Positions 30,445-41,303 of a stretch of 64,000 bases of DNA are shown in pieces. The position numbers and the translations under genes were made by a program. The stretch's first letter is position 1. Each line of letters opens with the position of its first letter. The DNA comes from an uncultured Clostridia bacterium (lineage in GTDB: Bacteria; Bacillota; Clostridia; Christensenellales; UBA1242), in assembly GCA_947629745.1 (NCBI GenBank), contig CANREZ010000002.1:67140-131139 (forward strand), read 5' to 3'. Below the pieces are notes generated by a model. It was not told where the DNA came from. It did no database searches and was given only the letters and a program-made list of their open reading frames with translations.

Positions 30445-33400
30445 ATGAATAAAAGTATACTTAGGAAGATGATATTTGCACTTATTGCAATGTTTGCGGT
30501 AGTAGTTGGGGCATATGGTGTACACCTGGTAAGTGGCACCACACTTTTTGCTGCAAGCAACGACTCGGATATTACTGCTACAGTTCTTGATAGCAATAGC
30601 AGGTATCTAGATGCGCAGTACATAGATATTCACTCACTATCAAGTGAGCAGATAACGAATTATTCTAATAGCGGTGGGTCTAAGGAAAGTAATCCACTAA
30701 GTTATGCTTTTGACCGCAACTGGTCGACTTTTTGGAAATCCGATCAAGCTAATAATGTGAATGATTTCCACAACGTGTTGCAGATAGATTTTGATGCAAG
30801 TTATACAATAGATAGGATATTGTATCAAGCAGAGAACTACTCTGACGGCCGTGGTTATCCAAATGAATTTATTGTCTACGCTAAGCAGGGGACAGAATAT
30901 GTAAAGGTTGGCACGTGTAAGAGCAAACCTACTGTAAAAATGGTCATGTTCACTCTGCCAAATGCTGTGGATACTGATTCGATCAAGATTGAATTCGTGG
31001 ATGTGAATAGAGCACACAGCTGGAATATTGAAGCATATGAGATCATTATCCTCTCACCCGAGACTAATGATACTCGGGATATTATGAATCTATTTAGTGA
31101 CTACGCTATGTATCACGTAAATAGCAATTATCGTACAGTGCAGGATATAGTAAACCTTGAGACTAGGCTTGCTAGTAACCCACATTTTGAGCAGATGCAG
31201 GAGCTCACTACTCGTGCTAAGAGCATACTTGGCAACGAGATTTGCTTTGACTACAGGCGTGAGTTTGGCACAGACACAAATAGTGTGAATGTGCTCTCTC
31301 GTCACGGCGCAGTGAAGGATTACGCAAATCGCACGCTAAAGATGGTCTGGATGTCGACAGATAGACAGTCCACAGGTATATATGCAAAACCTGGTGAGGA
31401 GATCACGGTGTATGTCACAGCTGAAGATGACGATCCATTGCCAAGACTGTATTTTAGTCAACATTGGGGCACATGGCGTGGATGGCTGGGATCAGTCGCA
31501 CTAAATCGTGGCAAGAATGTATTTAAGGCCCTTGACTATTACACCAATTTCACACAATTTTTCGATGACACATCAGTTATGCCGGGTGGACCAATTTACC
31601 TAGCCAATCCATATACGCCAGATGATCAATCATCTAATGTAAAAGTTTATATCGAGGGAGGACATCTATTCCCACAATACAAACTCGGGCAAAACGAGGG
31701 AAGATACCTTGCTGAATTGCACGAGTATGTAGAGGATATGAATGCAAATCCCAACGAGATAATGAATGTGACCGAGCTTGTCAGTGACAGATTCATATTC
31801 ACTGTCCGAGCTTCGGTGGCAGATGAAGTGTACAACAATCCAAATAGTGACGCTAGCCCGTCAAAGAATTTTGATTACTGGGATCCATATCTAAAGAAAG
31901 TCCTAGAATTCGAAGGAATCAGTTTCGATCCAAATGACCCTCATTATGACGAACGTGCCAATTACATCAATTGCAACATTCGTTTGATGCAAAAATTTGG
32001 TTGGGCTTATGCGTACCCCGAGCACGTAGGAATACAAGTTGACTGGGAAGGCGCAGCGCTATATGCCACCACCTCAGTTGGTTGGGGATTCACTCACGAA
32101 CTAGGCCATATGATAGATATATCTGAGAGGACAGTCAGCGAGTGCTCCAACAACATGATGTCGCAATACATAGAGGTGGCAGTTGACAAGAATACTCCGC
32201 GTGGCAGTTTCGCTAATATTAGACAGTACCTGATACCAGATGGCAGCGATGTCAATCTGTGGAATAAAGATGCATCAAATTTCCTCGTATGGTGGCTGAT
32301 AGAATGTCACTGGCCGGGATATTGGGGAAAAGTGGAGAATATGTACCGCTATGAAAACTTTGATATCAAACCTCTTGGCATGACGGGAACGGAAAAGCAA
32401 ATATACTTTACCTCCCTTGTAACTGGGGTGGATATGTCCTACTACTTCGATAGATGGGGATATGCACTGGAGAATCATACTGAGGGCGAGGGTAAAGAAG
32501 CACATGCCGTCTACGAATCCTTCACAATAGAGGGCGCAAGTGAGGCGTTTAAGGAGAAAATGAACGAGGCTGTAGCCGCAGGCAAAATCTCTCGCACAGT
32601 TGCTCCAAAATTATGGTACTTTGACGAGAATCAATACTGGATACAGACTAGTGGGCAAAATCTAAATTGTTATACCGGTAGCATTCAGCCAAAGATTCTA
32701 TCAGCATACAAGTCTTCAGCTGGCAATACTATTGAGATTAGTAGCCCAGTATCTAATAATCCTGCACACTTAGGATATGAAGTGATAGAGGGCACAGGAG
32801 CAGACAAACACGTAATTGGTTTCACAAACTCCGATTACTTCGTGGATACCAATACTTATGCATCAAATTACACACCAATATATTCGGTAGTGGGATATGA
32901 TAGGAATCTAAATACTTCAAAGGCAAGCCTAGGAGTGGCACTTGGCACAACTGATGCTGTGTGCAGACTAGGGGATGTGACTTATCCAAGCCTTGGGGCA
33001 GCAATTGCTGCTGCCAGCGACAACAGCACTATTTATTTGCTAAAAAATGTTGCAGACGTCAATGTCGTTGTGGATAAGAATATTACTATCACTCCTGTGG
33101 ATACTCTGCGTGGAGTGGTCACTATCTCCAAGATTACAGGCAAAGACTTATTCATCGTGAACGACAATATCACGCTAAGTATACTTGGTACGGACAAGTG
33201 CCGTGTGGAGATCAGGAGCGCAAAGTCGGTGAAAGAAGGCGCGCTAATCAACGTGCTTGGCAGCTGCAAACTAGATTATTGCAATGTGATGGACAATTAC
33301 ACTACATCAAATACTCTAGGAGGCGCAATCTTCATACGCAATGCGGGCAGGAGGTTCGTGCAACTCGAGGCAACTAATACTAAGTTTAGCGGCAACTACG

Positions 33401-34923
33401 CATATTCGGGCAGTGCAATATTCGCTAATAATAGCTCGAATACAACTATCAATCTTACTAACTGCGAATTCACTAATAATAGCTCCAAGGTCGATGGTGG
33501 AGCGTTAGTCAATCGTGGCACGGTCAATATGACAGCTTGCACATTCCGGGATAATACTTCGGGCTCAACCGGTGGTGCTATATGTAATACCGATGGCGGA
33601 GTGATGTATCTAGTCGACTGTGTGATAGAGAATAATACATCAAAGTACGGCGGTGGACTATTCCTCAATGGATATGTGGATCTGTCTTCCTGCAAACTAT
33701 CGGGCAACGTCGGAGACTTTGGTGGATCAATTTATCTAAACGCAGCCAATGATTCTAGAGCCGCAACATTATTCGAGGGCACCGAAGTGCTCGCAAATTC
33801 CAACGATGATACTGTAGCGATATACATCAATCGTGGTGTGATGAATCTAAGGGGCTGCAAGGTCGAGACTCGTGGCACATCCTATGGAATATATGCCGCT
33901 AGTGGGAAGCTGAATATCTATGGCGCACATAATTTTAATAAAACAGCATACGCTGCAACCATTCTTGACACCAGTATGTACATAAATACTGATGAGGAGA
34001 ATAACGCTGCTAGTATCAAGATACTAACCTCAATGCCAGATATAAGGAAGCTAGAAATTAGCGTGGATGCGATAGAGGATGAGAAGGCTATAATCCTCAC
34101 TGATTTTGACATAACCGAGTCCGATATATCTAGGATGTCAGCAAAATATGCGACACTTCAGGTATTCGGTGGCAGGAGGATCGAACTAGGTGAAATTTCG
34201 GTCACTGTGACATATATCGTAGACGGAGTGGAGACCACATCGACTTATGCTAGTGGATATGAATTGACGCTAGATAGCACATATAGTACTGTAGGGAAAT
34301 ACATCAAGTCCTGGACTATTGGGAATAAAGAATACGCAAGTGGCACGGTGTTTACCCTATCGGGGGATATCACAGCCCGAGCAAATGTAGCCGATATGTA
34401 CAAGATCACATACCGTAGAGGAAGTGATGTGAGTAACAAAGTGTATGTGATACCGGGAAGTACATTTAACCTACCTAATATGACGTTCGATGGAGCAAAA
34501 GTGATCTGCTGGGCGCATAGGGGGGGGACATATTTGCCTAATTCCTCAATTATAGCAACAGGGGATATGACATTCAATGCAATGCTCAATAACTCTATTG
34601 CAGTATCCGTCACAGTCAATGGTGAGAATTCCGAGACAATATACGCTAACTATAGCGAGCAGCTAACACTCGAGGACTTGATAGATATGTATCCTGATCT
34701 ATTTAGTCATATGGCTCTAGATAAATTCGAGGTCAATGGCGTGGCATATGACGGGAAATATCTGACAATTACTGAGTCTCAGAATATTAATATTCTGGCG
34801 CACGAAGTGGCAAAGCCTGTAAATATAGTGATGATCATAGCAATTGCGGGTGCCGCATTACTCGTGCTGAGCGCAGTAATTGGTGTGGTCGTAGTCAAAG
34901 CAAAAGCAAAGAAACAAAAGTAA
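30445..34923 (+). CDS. Membrane-anchored M60-like (enhancin/mucinase) metallopeptidase with F5/8-type C domain and beta-helix
   Basis: AFDRNWSTFWKS (CBM32-like), QSTGIYAKPGE, WGFTHELGH...E.SNN, GGAI/F.NN repeats, C-terminal TM plus Lys tail. Confidence 0.85.
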   Translation: MNKSILRKMIFALIAMFAVVVGAYGVHLVSGTTLFAASNDSDITATVLDSNSRYLDAQYIDIHSLSSEQITNYSNSGGSKESNPLSYAFDRNWSTFWKSDQANNVNDFHNVLQIDFDASYTIDRILYQAENYSDGRGYPNEFIVYAKQGTEYVKVGTCKSKPTVKMVMFTLPNAVDTDSIKIEFVDVNRAHSWNIEAYEIIILSPETNDTRDIMNLFSDYAMYHVNSNYRTVQDIVNLETRLASNPHFEQMQELTTRAKSILGNEICFDYRREFGTDTNSVNVLSRHGAVKDYANRTLKMVWMSTDRQSTGIYAKPGEEITVYVTAEDDDPLPRLYFSQHWGTWRGWLGSVALNRGKNVFKALDYYTNFTQFFDDTSVMPGGPIYLANPYTPDDQSSNVKVYIEGGHLFPQYKLGQNEGRYLAELHEYVEDMNANPNEIMNVTELVSDRFIFTVRASVADEVYNNPNSDASPSKNFDYWDPYLKKVLEFEGISFDPNDPHYDERANYINCNIRLMQKFGWAYAYPEHVGIQVDWEGAALYATTSVGWGFTHELGHMIDISERTVSECSNNMMSQYIEVAVDKNTPRGSFANIRQYLIPDGSDVNLWNKDASNFLVWWLIECHWPGYWGKVENMYRYENFDIKPLGMTGTEKQIYFTSLVTGVDMSYYFDRWGYALENHTEGEGKEAHAVYESFTIEGASEAFKEKMNEAVAAGKISRTVAPKLWYFDENQYWIQTSGQNLNCYTGSIQPKILSAYKSSAGNTIEISSPVSNNPAHLGYEVIEGTGADKHVIGFTNSDYFVDTNTYASNYTPIYSVVGYDRNLNTSKASLGVALGTTDAVCRLGDVTYPSLGAAIAAASDNSTIYLLKNVADVNVVVDKNITITPVDTLRGVVTISKITGKDLFIVNDNITLSILGTDKCRVEIRSAKSVKEGALINVLGSCKLDYCNVMDNYTTSNTLGGAIFIRNAGRRFVQLEATNTKFSGNYAYSGSAIFANNSSNTTINLTNCEFTNNSSKVDGGALVNRGTVNMTACTFRDNTSGSTGGAICNTDGGVMYLVDCVIENNTSKYGGGLFLNGYVDLSSCKLSGNVGDFGGSIYLNAANDSRAATLFEGTEVLANSNDDTVAIYINRGVMNLRGCKVETRGTSYGIYAASGKLNIYGAHNFNKTAYAATILDTSMYINTDEENNAASIKILTSMPDIRKLEISVDAIEDEKAIILTDFDITESDISRMSAKYATLQVFGGRRIELGEISVTVTYIVDGVETTSTYASGYELTLDSTYSTVGKYIKSWTIGNKEYASGTVFTLSGDITARANVADMYKITYRRGSDVSNKVYVIPGSTFNLPNMTFDGAKVICWAHRGGTYLPNSSIIATGDMTFNAMLNNSIAVSVTVNGENSETIYANYSEQLTLEDLIDMYPDLFSHMALDKFEVNGVAYDGKYLTITESQNINILAHEVAKPVNIVMIIAIAGAALLVLSAVIGVVVVKAKAKKQK

Positions 34924-34982
34924 GTGGAGAGCATCCACTTATTTTTTTGCATCAAAAAAGATTTCTTCGCATATGCATATAT

Positions 34983-35939
34983 ATGAGAGAAATTGAGGTT
35001 TTGGAGAGAATTTTCCCGCTTATATCAGGCTCTCCTATGGTAAAGATAAGTTGTACATTTAGGGGTCGAGATATTAGCATTTTTGCCAAGTGCGAGTGGT
35101 ATTCTCTTAGCGGGAGCATCAAGGATAGAGCAGCGTATTTTATCCTGCATGAGGCACTGGAATCTGGAGCGTTATCCGAAGGGCAGCCAATTGTGGAATC
35201 CACTAGTGGGAATATGGGGATATCGCTTGCAGCAATGTCTCGTATATTAGGCCACGAGATGACTATCGTGATGGCTAGGACTATGAGCCAGGAGCGAATG
35301 ACTCTTGCTAAAATGTATGGGGCAAAGCTAATCTTAGTAGACAACCTAAATGATGCTGTGGATATGTGTGCTAGACTGGAGAGTGAGGGATATTTCTGGC
35401 CAAAGCAATTTGAAAATAGCGCAAACTCTGATGCACACTACTTAGTCACCGCTACCGAGATTGACCAAGTGCTAGGGGAGAGGGTAAAAAATATTGCAGT
35501 GGGCGTCGGCACTAGTGGCACACTTGCAGGACTGTCTAGATATTATGGCAGTCGTGGAGTGAAGATCGTGGCAATCGAGCCGGATAGTGCAAGGGTGTTA
35601 TCCAGATGCGTTCCTGGCTCACATCAATTGCAAGGGCTGAATGGAAGTTTCGTGCCAGAGATATTCCGTGGTGTGCATGTGGACGAAATATTATCTATCA
35701 AGGATAGTGACGCCATACGCATGGCACAACGTGTTTGCCAAGAATTAGGATTGGGAGTCGGCATATCCAGCGGAGCAAATATTCTAGGCGCCATACTAGT
35801 GGGAGATGGCAGTGTGACAGTGCTTCCTGATGACAACAAGAAATATATATCCACTGCACTATCAAGCAAGGTATCATCCGCACTGGTGGATGAGATAAAA
35901 TTGACTGGAATCGAGTGGGTAGGAAAAGATAAAAATTAG
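34983..35939 (+). CDS. PLP-dependent cysteine synthase family protein
   Basis: KCE...SGSIKDRAA, ESTSGNMG, GVGTSGT, GISSGAN. Confidence 0.88.
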   Translation: MREIEVLERIFPLISGSPMVKISCTFRGRDISIFAKCEWYSLSGSIKDRAAYFILHEALESGALSEGQPIVESTSGNMGISLAAMSRILGHEMTIVMARTMSQERMTLAKMYGAKLILVDNLNDAVDMCARLESEGYFWPKQFENSANSDAHYLVTATEIDQVLGERVKNIAVGVGTSGTLAGLSRYYGSRGVKIVAIEPDSARVLSRCVPGSHQLQGLNGSFVPEIFRGVHVDEILSIKDSDAIRMAQRVCQELGLGVGISSGANILGAILVGDGSVTVLPDDNKKYISTALSSKVSSALVDEIKLTGIEWVGKDKN

Positions 35940-36002
35940 TGCAAAGTGTTTGGAATAATTTTTCCTGTGGTGTATAATGAAAATGCTTTACAGGAGACAA
36001 TT

Positions 36003-36719
36003 ATGGAACCACAATTATACGGGTGGCAGCACCTTACATTCCTTGCCCTATTAGTAGTCGTAGGGGGGGGACTGATAATTCTTTCTCACTTCTTCATTAA
36101 GACTGAGAAACAAAAAATGATTTTCCTAAAATGCGTAGCAGCGTTCCTATTCGTGTGGATCATTATCAATAGGATATCCATTGCAATTAGGTTCAACGAC
36201 CCTGCTATGTTCATTCCTAATTCCTATTGCGGCATGACAAGCCTAGTGCTATCTATCATGGTGCTATTAGGTAACAAAAATAACATCACTTATCACTTCT
36301 TATGGTACATGGGATTCTTTGGTGGTCTTGCTACCATGCTATATCCAGATTTCTTGGGGCAGAATCCATCGTTCTTCTACATCCCAACTATTTCTGGCAT
36401 GATGCATCACGGAGTATTGCTGCTACTATGTATCCTCATGGTCCAGCACAAATGGTTTAGCCCAGATATCAGACGTTGGTGGGTGTTCCCAGCAGGTCTT
36501 GGCATATATGTGTTATTTGGACTATTCTGCATGGATATATTTGGTTGGGGATCATCCATGGAGATCAATTCTAGCCTAATCTCCGGTACGCCGCTCAATT
36601 GGTGGTTTGTGCTACTAGTCGGCAGTGCAATACTATTCATAGTATTACTATTCATCGAATGGCTAAGGTGCAGGAAATCCGGCAAGAAATTATTCAATTT
36701 TAAGCGTAAAGAAAAATAA
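36003..36719 (+). CDS. YwaF/TMEM164-like membrane protein
   Basis: HL.FL, P.SYCG, LATMLYP, HH; in-frame G8 at 36063-36070. Confidence 0.7.
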   Translation: MEPQLYGWQHLTFLALLVVVGGGLIILSHFFIKTEKQKMIFLKCVAAFLFVWIIINRISIAIRFNDPAMFIPNSYCGMTSLVLSIMVLLGNKNNITYHFLWYMGFFGGLATMLYPDFLGQNPSFFYIPTISGMMHHGVLLLLCILMVQHKWFSPDIRRWWVFPAGLGIYVLFGLFCMDIFGWGSSMEINSSLISGTPLNWWFVLLVGSAILFIVLLFIEWLRCRKSGKKLFNFKRKEK

Positions 36720-36750
36720 ATTATAGGGGTCAGCTAGACCCCTATTTTTA

Positions 36751-38013
36751 TCACATAATAGCAAGTGTCGGGTTGATGAAGAATATCATATCCTCCACAA
36801 ATAGCATGGAGCATATTACTAGTATTATGCATATGATAGGAAGCATCGCTTGCCTACTTTTGCCTCGGAATATAAATATGAGTGAGAGCAGTAGTAGAAT
36901 GCTACCTACTAGTCCTATCTGATACAGGCTAGATAGATAGGCATTGTGAGGGGATGAGGGGACTTGTGGGATATATCCCGCGCCAAGCCCTGCGCCAAAG
37001 AATAGTTGTAGTGGGTTATTTAATAGATATTTTGCAGTCTCCATCCATAGTGAGAACCGGCCTGTGAATATCACATCCATCACACTTGCCGCGTCATGCG
37101 CACCCGATATATTTGAGACAAACCTTGACACATACACCGTGATTATCCCAGGCTTTGCTATGAGTATTATCCCGCATATTAGTAGGAATACAAGTAGTGT
37201 TAATAGTGCCGAACGTGGAGCAATAATCATTCTGCCGATGAATATCACTACTAATAGTAGGATGAGTATTACTAGGAACGCTTTGGATAGGGTAAATGCC
37301 CCACATAGACCAACTAATATGAATGCAATGACATAGACCATGCAACGCTTGTGGGATAAGATGTTGTAGCCAGTGAATGCTAGGGATATCTCGCATATCA
37401 TGGCAAAGATATTTGGATTGGGGGTGAGTGCGCAAAATCTATCCCCACTAGATGTGTACATGATAGGGCAGTGAGAAATATTAAGACCGGGGATGAAATA
37501 TAGCATAGATATTATGCTAGAAGTGATTATGCCAAGGGCGAGATAATTTGCACATTTCTCCAGTCTAAAAGTGTGCCCATCGCATGAGAAAGCAAGAAGT
37601 AGGATAAATAATATGATAAATAGTGATATCTTCACAAATTTGCTAAAATTGTATGGCCCGATAGGCAATATCATATATAGGAAGAATAGCGATATAATTA
37701 TAGTGCTTGGCACACTTAGCTTAATAGATCTAAATGATAGTGAGAAGAATTTAATAAAGAAAATGACTACACAGGCCACATAGAGGATGATGCTGATATT
37801 GCTATTTATCATGCAGTAGGGCAGACAAAATAATATTAAGCAAAACCCATCATCTTTTGGGCTAAAAATTACTGCAAGCGCTAGATAGGGAAATAGGATA
37901 TATGTTGTGATGGGGAAAATATAGCACATAGCAGAGAGTATGCATATTGCTGCAATATGCACAATTATCCCATATTTGACGAAAAAATTTTTTAGTCTAT
38001 CCATGTACCACAA
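36751..38013 (-). CDS. O-antigen ligase/polymerase (Wzy_C-like) family membrane protein
   Basis: NPNIFA, TLSKA, TGR..LW, FGAG.G, PHN.YL..L...GLVG. Confidence 0.82.
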   Translation of the reverse strand: MWYMDRLKNFFVKYGIIVHIAAICILSAMCYIFPITTYILFPYLALAVIFSPKDDGFCLILFCLPYCMINSNISIILYVACVVIFFIKFFSLSFRSIKLSVPSTIIISLFFLYMILPIGPYNFSKFVKISLFIILFILLLAFSCDGHTFRLEKCANYLALGIITSSIISMLYFIPGLNISHCPIMYTSSGDRFCALTPNPNIFAMICEISLAFTGYNILSHKRCMVYVIAFILVGLCGAFTLSKAFLVILILLLVVIFIGRMIIAPRSALLTLLVFLLICGIILIAKPGIITVYVSRFVSNISGAHDAASVMDVIFTGRFSLWMETAKYLLNNPLQLFFGAGLGAGYIPQVPSSPHNAYLSSLYQIGLVGSILLLLSLIFIFRGKSRQAMLPIICIILVICSMLFVEDMIFFINPTLAIM

Positions 38014-38254
38014 ACTATGCTATTTAGTATGCAAGACGCCATACTTTCGCTACATGGATTATTGCCCAATACTAGTATCTCTAAAAGAATAAGTAGGCAA
38101 AGTGACGATAAATATTTACTAAAGTTATTTATTAAGTACAATCCCCTCAGATTTCATACGCAATCAGCTCCCCGAACTTGTGGGCGCCTAAAATTAGTTA
38201 AAATAAGAATAATATTTGTCAAAAAGAAAAGACTACCATTGTGGTAGTCTTTTC

Positions 38255-38512
38255 TTATCTATCGCGATCATCTTCATCAAGTATTCTATTCATTGCGGCT
38301 AATATCTCGGGGGAGAGGTCGGATGTTTTATCCCTAAGTGCCTCGTCTATTTCGGCGAGTTGCTCAGGTGATAGCGTGTGATACTCGTCACCCTCCAATA
38401 TCCTATCCATTTCGGCTATTGTATCAGGGCTAAGATCACTGTTTTGTGTACCCTGTGGCATATGTATTCTTGAAGTGCTCGAATGTGAAGTTGTAGGTCT
38501 ACTCATATCCAT
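38255..38512 (-). CDS. Small acidic protein with three LSP-helix repeats
   Basis: GAGGAG RBS; DLSPDTIAEMDRIL / TLSPEQLAEIDEAL / DLSPEILAAMNRIL. Confidence 0.6.
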   Translation of the reverse strand: MDMSRPTTSHSSTSRIHMPQGTQNSDLSPDTIAEMDRILEGDEYHTLSPEQLAEIDEALRDKTSDLSPEILAAMNRILDEDDRDR

Positions 38513-38822
38513 TTCTCCTCATATATAAAATTATACCAAAAATAGCGCCATTTGTCAATATTTACATGTATATTGCTAGTATAACAGGAGACAAGCAAAA
38601 GTAGCAAGTTTTTGCATAAAATTGAGTGTAAAATTTTTACAAATCTTGGGGTCTAATAAATGTAGTGATTATATTTGGAGATTTTTGTCGAATGGTGTTA
38701 CAATATACTAGTCCCGCTTTGGGGTAACATAAAAATTTAAATAATAAATTATAACGATAAATTGCCCTAAGGCTAAAAGATTTTATTGACCAAAAAATAA
38801 AATTTGTAAAAATGGAGACACT

Positions 38823-41258
38823 ATGTTACTACTACAATATTTACTGATGAGTGGTATATTTGTTGCACTAGTAGCGACATATTTTTTGTTGAAAAAATTT
38901 CACAAACTAAATAAGTGGTACTTTAGGAGTATTGCACTAGTAATTGCTGCATTCTTCACATTCCGCTACATGATGGGCAGAGACCAGATACAATATATCT
39001 ACAAGCTCACAGGTGGACCGTTTGGCGATAACATGGGCCTAAATGCTCTAGCGCTTATCTCCAATTGGTTTTTCTACTCAGCAGTGTTACTAGTCGCAGT
39101 AGAGCCGTTCTTCAAGAATAAGACGGCAAAGAATATAATTAAACTCTTTGTCCTGCCAGTAGCCATATTTAGTTTTTGTGTCATAAAATGGCAATCAATC
39201 GGCGTTGTAGGGCAGAGTGCCTATGATGCTTTCTCATATAGAGCTGTGTTCCTTAGCATTGAGGTCGCGGGAGTGCTCGCGTATAGCTTCGTGTCATGGT
39301 TTAACGAACCATTTAAGCTAGGCAAAAAAGACGCACTAAGATTGCTCTATATCATCCCAATGCTACTTGCTACTATGCCGACCTACATGATCTCAGGATT
39401 ATTTGGTTATGCAAATCTTAGCACGAGCATAAAGAATCTATCTTACTATCACAGGTTACTTCTATATATTGGATTCCTGCTGCCGGTGATACTATATGCA
39501 TTCTTGCACAAAAAAGATTATGATACTAAGAAATTAGCCCTAGTCTACATATGTCTTGGCACGATGATATCCTTTACCCTTGACTACAAATTCGTGGATA
39601 TCACCCACATCACGAGCCTGCCACTGCATCTGTGCAACACGGCAATGTATCTCATGCCACTGTGCCTAATATTCAATATGAAGAGATTATTCTACTTCAC
39701 ATTATTTATCAACGTGTTAGGAGCGTTCCTAGCAATGGCTGTGCCAAACTACGACGCTGCGACAAATATCCTAGCGCCAAATCTTGTGAAGTTCTTCCTC
39801 AATCACTACATAGCGTTCTTCATGCCATTCCTGTTTGTGGCACTGGGTATGTTCGAGCGGCCGAAGCTAAAGCAATTCATCTACTCCATGGTAGCCTTCA
39901 TGGTCTACTTCGTGCTAATACTATTCATCAATGCATGGTTCTCAAATTACGGCTCAGTCGATTATTTCTATCTAAATACCGACTATATTGCAGAGAAATT
40001 GGGTGTTTGGGCGGAGAGTACTAGGAAATTCGTTTGGACGTTCAATATAAACGAGCTTAGTTTCACATTCTATCCGCTATATCAATTCCTATACTTCATA
40101 GTATACTGTTTCCTAGGGCTTGGGATGTGGTTCCTGTATGCATATTGTTTCTCAGTCGCGGACTTCTACAAAGATATGTTCGCAAGGAAGAAGCAAATCA
40201 AACTCGACCAACTCGCCTTAGAGGTAAAACTTGCAGGAAAATCAAAGGAGGAGCCAATGAATAAAGATGGCGAAAACATCATCGCGCTAAAAGGTTTTTC
40301 GAAGAAATACGCGTCTAGTAAGACTTATGCAGTAAAGGATGCGAATCTCGAAATTTACGGCGGCGAAATATTCGGATTCCTAGGGCCAAACGGCGCAGGC
40401 AAGAGCACTATCATTAAGAGTATGGTGGGCATCCAGCCTATCACCGAGGGCGCTATCGAGATATGTGGATACGACGTCAATACTCAGCCTGTGCAGGCCA
40501 AGAGGGTAGTTGGCTTCGTGCCGGATCACTATGCTCTATATGAGAAATTAACTGGCAGAGAATATATCAATTACATTGCAGATCTCTATGACGTGAGCAT
40601 CGAGGATAGGACTAAGGCTATTGACAAATACGTGAAATTATTCGAACTAGAAGGCGCGTTTGATAATCAAATGAAGACCTATTCTCATGGAATGAAGCAA
40701 AAGATTGCTATCATGGCAGCTCTTGTGCACAATCCAAGAGTTTGGATATTGGACGAGCCGTTGACCGGTCTCGACCCAAATAGCATATTCCAGGTAAAGG
40801 AATGTATGAAAGCGCACGCCAAGGCTGGCAACATTGTCTTCTTCTCAAGTCATATCATCGACGTGGTGGAGCGTATCTGTGACCGAATTGCTATTATCAA
40901 GAAAGGCAATATCCTCACTTGTAGGAAAGTGTCGGATATAGAAAAGGAATGTTCTCTTGAGGAATTTTACCTAAAGACTATTGGCGAGCAAGACTTGATC
41001 GAAACTATGGCAAACGCAAATGAGGAGACGAAGTCAAACGAGGCAAATAGCGCTAAACAATCTACCAAGCCTAAGAAAGTAAAATCCGATAAGAAAGTAT
41101 CTGCAAAGCAAACTAAATCGGCTAAATCAGCCGAGCAAAGTGCTGAGGGGAAAATTACTAAATCTCAAAAACAAAAGTCTAAAGCGCCAGCAAAGAAAAA
41201 GACTGGCACTAAAGCAAAGAAAACTGCAGAGAAAAAACAAACTAAAGCAGCAAAATAA
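38823..41258 (+). CDS. YwaF/TMEM164-like membrane domain fused to an ABC ATPase, with Lys-rich tail
   Basis: LPLHLCN and FFLNH in the TM region; GPNGAGKST, YSHGMKQK, ILDEP, SSH; histone-like K/A/T-rich C-terminus. Confidence 0.85.
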   Translation: MLLLQYLLMSGIFVALVATYFLLKKFHKLNKWYFRSIALVIAAFFTFRYMMGRDQIQYIYKLTGGPFGDNMGLNALALISNWFFYSAVLLVAVEPFFKNKTAKNIIKLFVLPVAIFSFCVIKWQSIGVVGQSAYDAFSYRAVFLSIEVAGVLAYSFVSWFNEPFKLGKKDALRLLYIIPMLLATMPTYMISGLFGYANLSTSIKNLSYYHRLLLYIGFLLPVILYAFLHKKDYDTKKLALVYICLGTMISFTLDYKFVDITHITSLPLHLCNTAMYLMPLCLIFNMKRLFYFTLFINVLGAFLAMAVPNYDAATNILAPNLVKFFLNHYIAFFMPFLFVALGMFERPKLKQFIYSMVAFMVYFVLILFINAWFSNYGSVDYFYLNTDYIAEKLGVWAESTRKFVWTFNINELSFTFYPLYQFLYFIVYCFLGLGMWFLYAYCFSVADFYKDMFARKKQIKLDQLALEVKLAGKSKEEPMNKDGENIIALKGFSKKYASSKTYAVKDANLEIYGGEIFGFLGPNGAGKSTIIKSMVGIQPITEGAIEICGYDVNTQPVQAKRVVGFVPDHYALYEKLTGREYINYIADLYDVSIEDRTKAIDKYVKLFELEGAFDNQMKTYSHGMKQKIAIMAALVHNPRVWILDEPLTGLDPNSIFQVKECMKAHAKAGNIVFFSSHIIDVVERICDRIAIIKKGNILTCRKVSDIEKECSLEEFYLKTIGEQDLIETMANANEETKSNEANSAKQSTKPKKVKSDKKVSAKQTKSAKSAEQSAEGKITKSQKQKSKAPAKKKTGTKAKKTAEKKQTKAAK

Positions 41259-41303
41259 ACTACAAAACTTTGCAAACAAAAATAAACTAAAAAGGAGGGG
41301 CAA

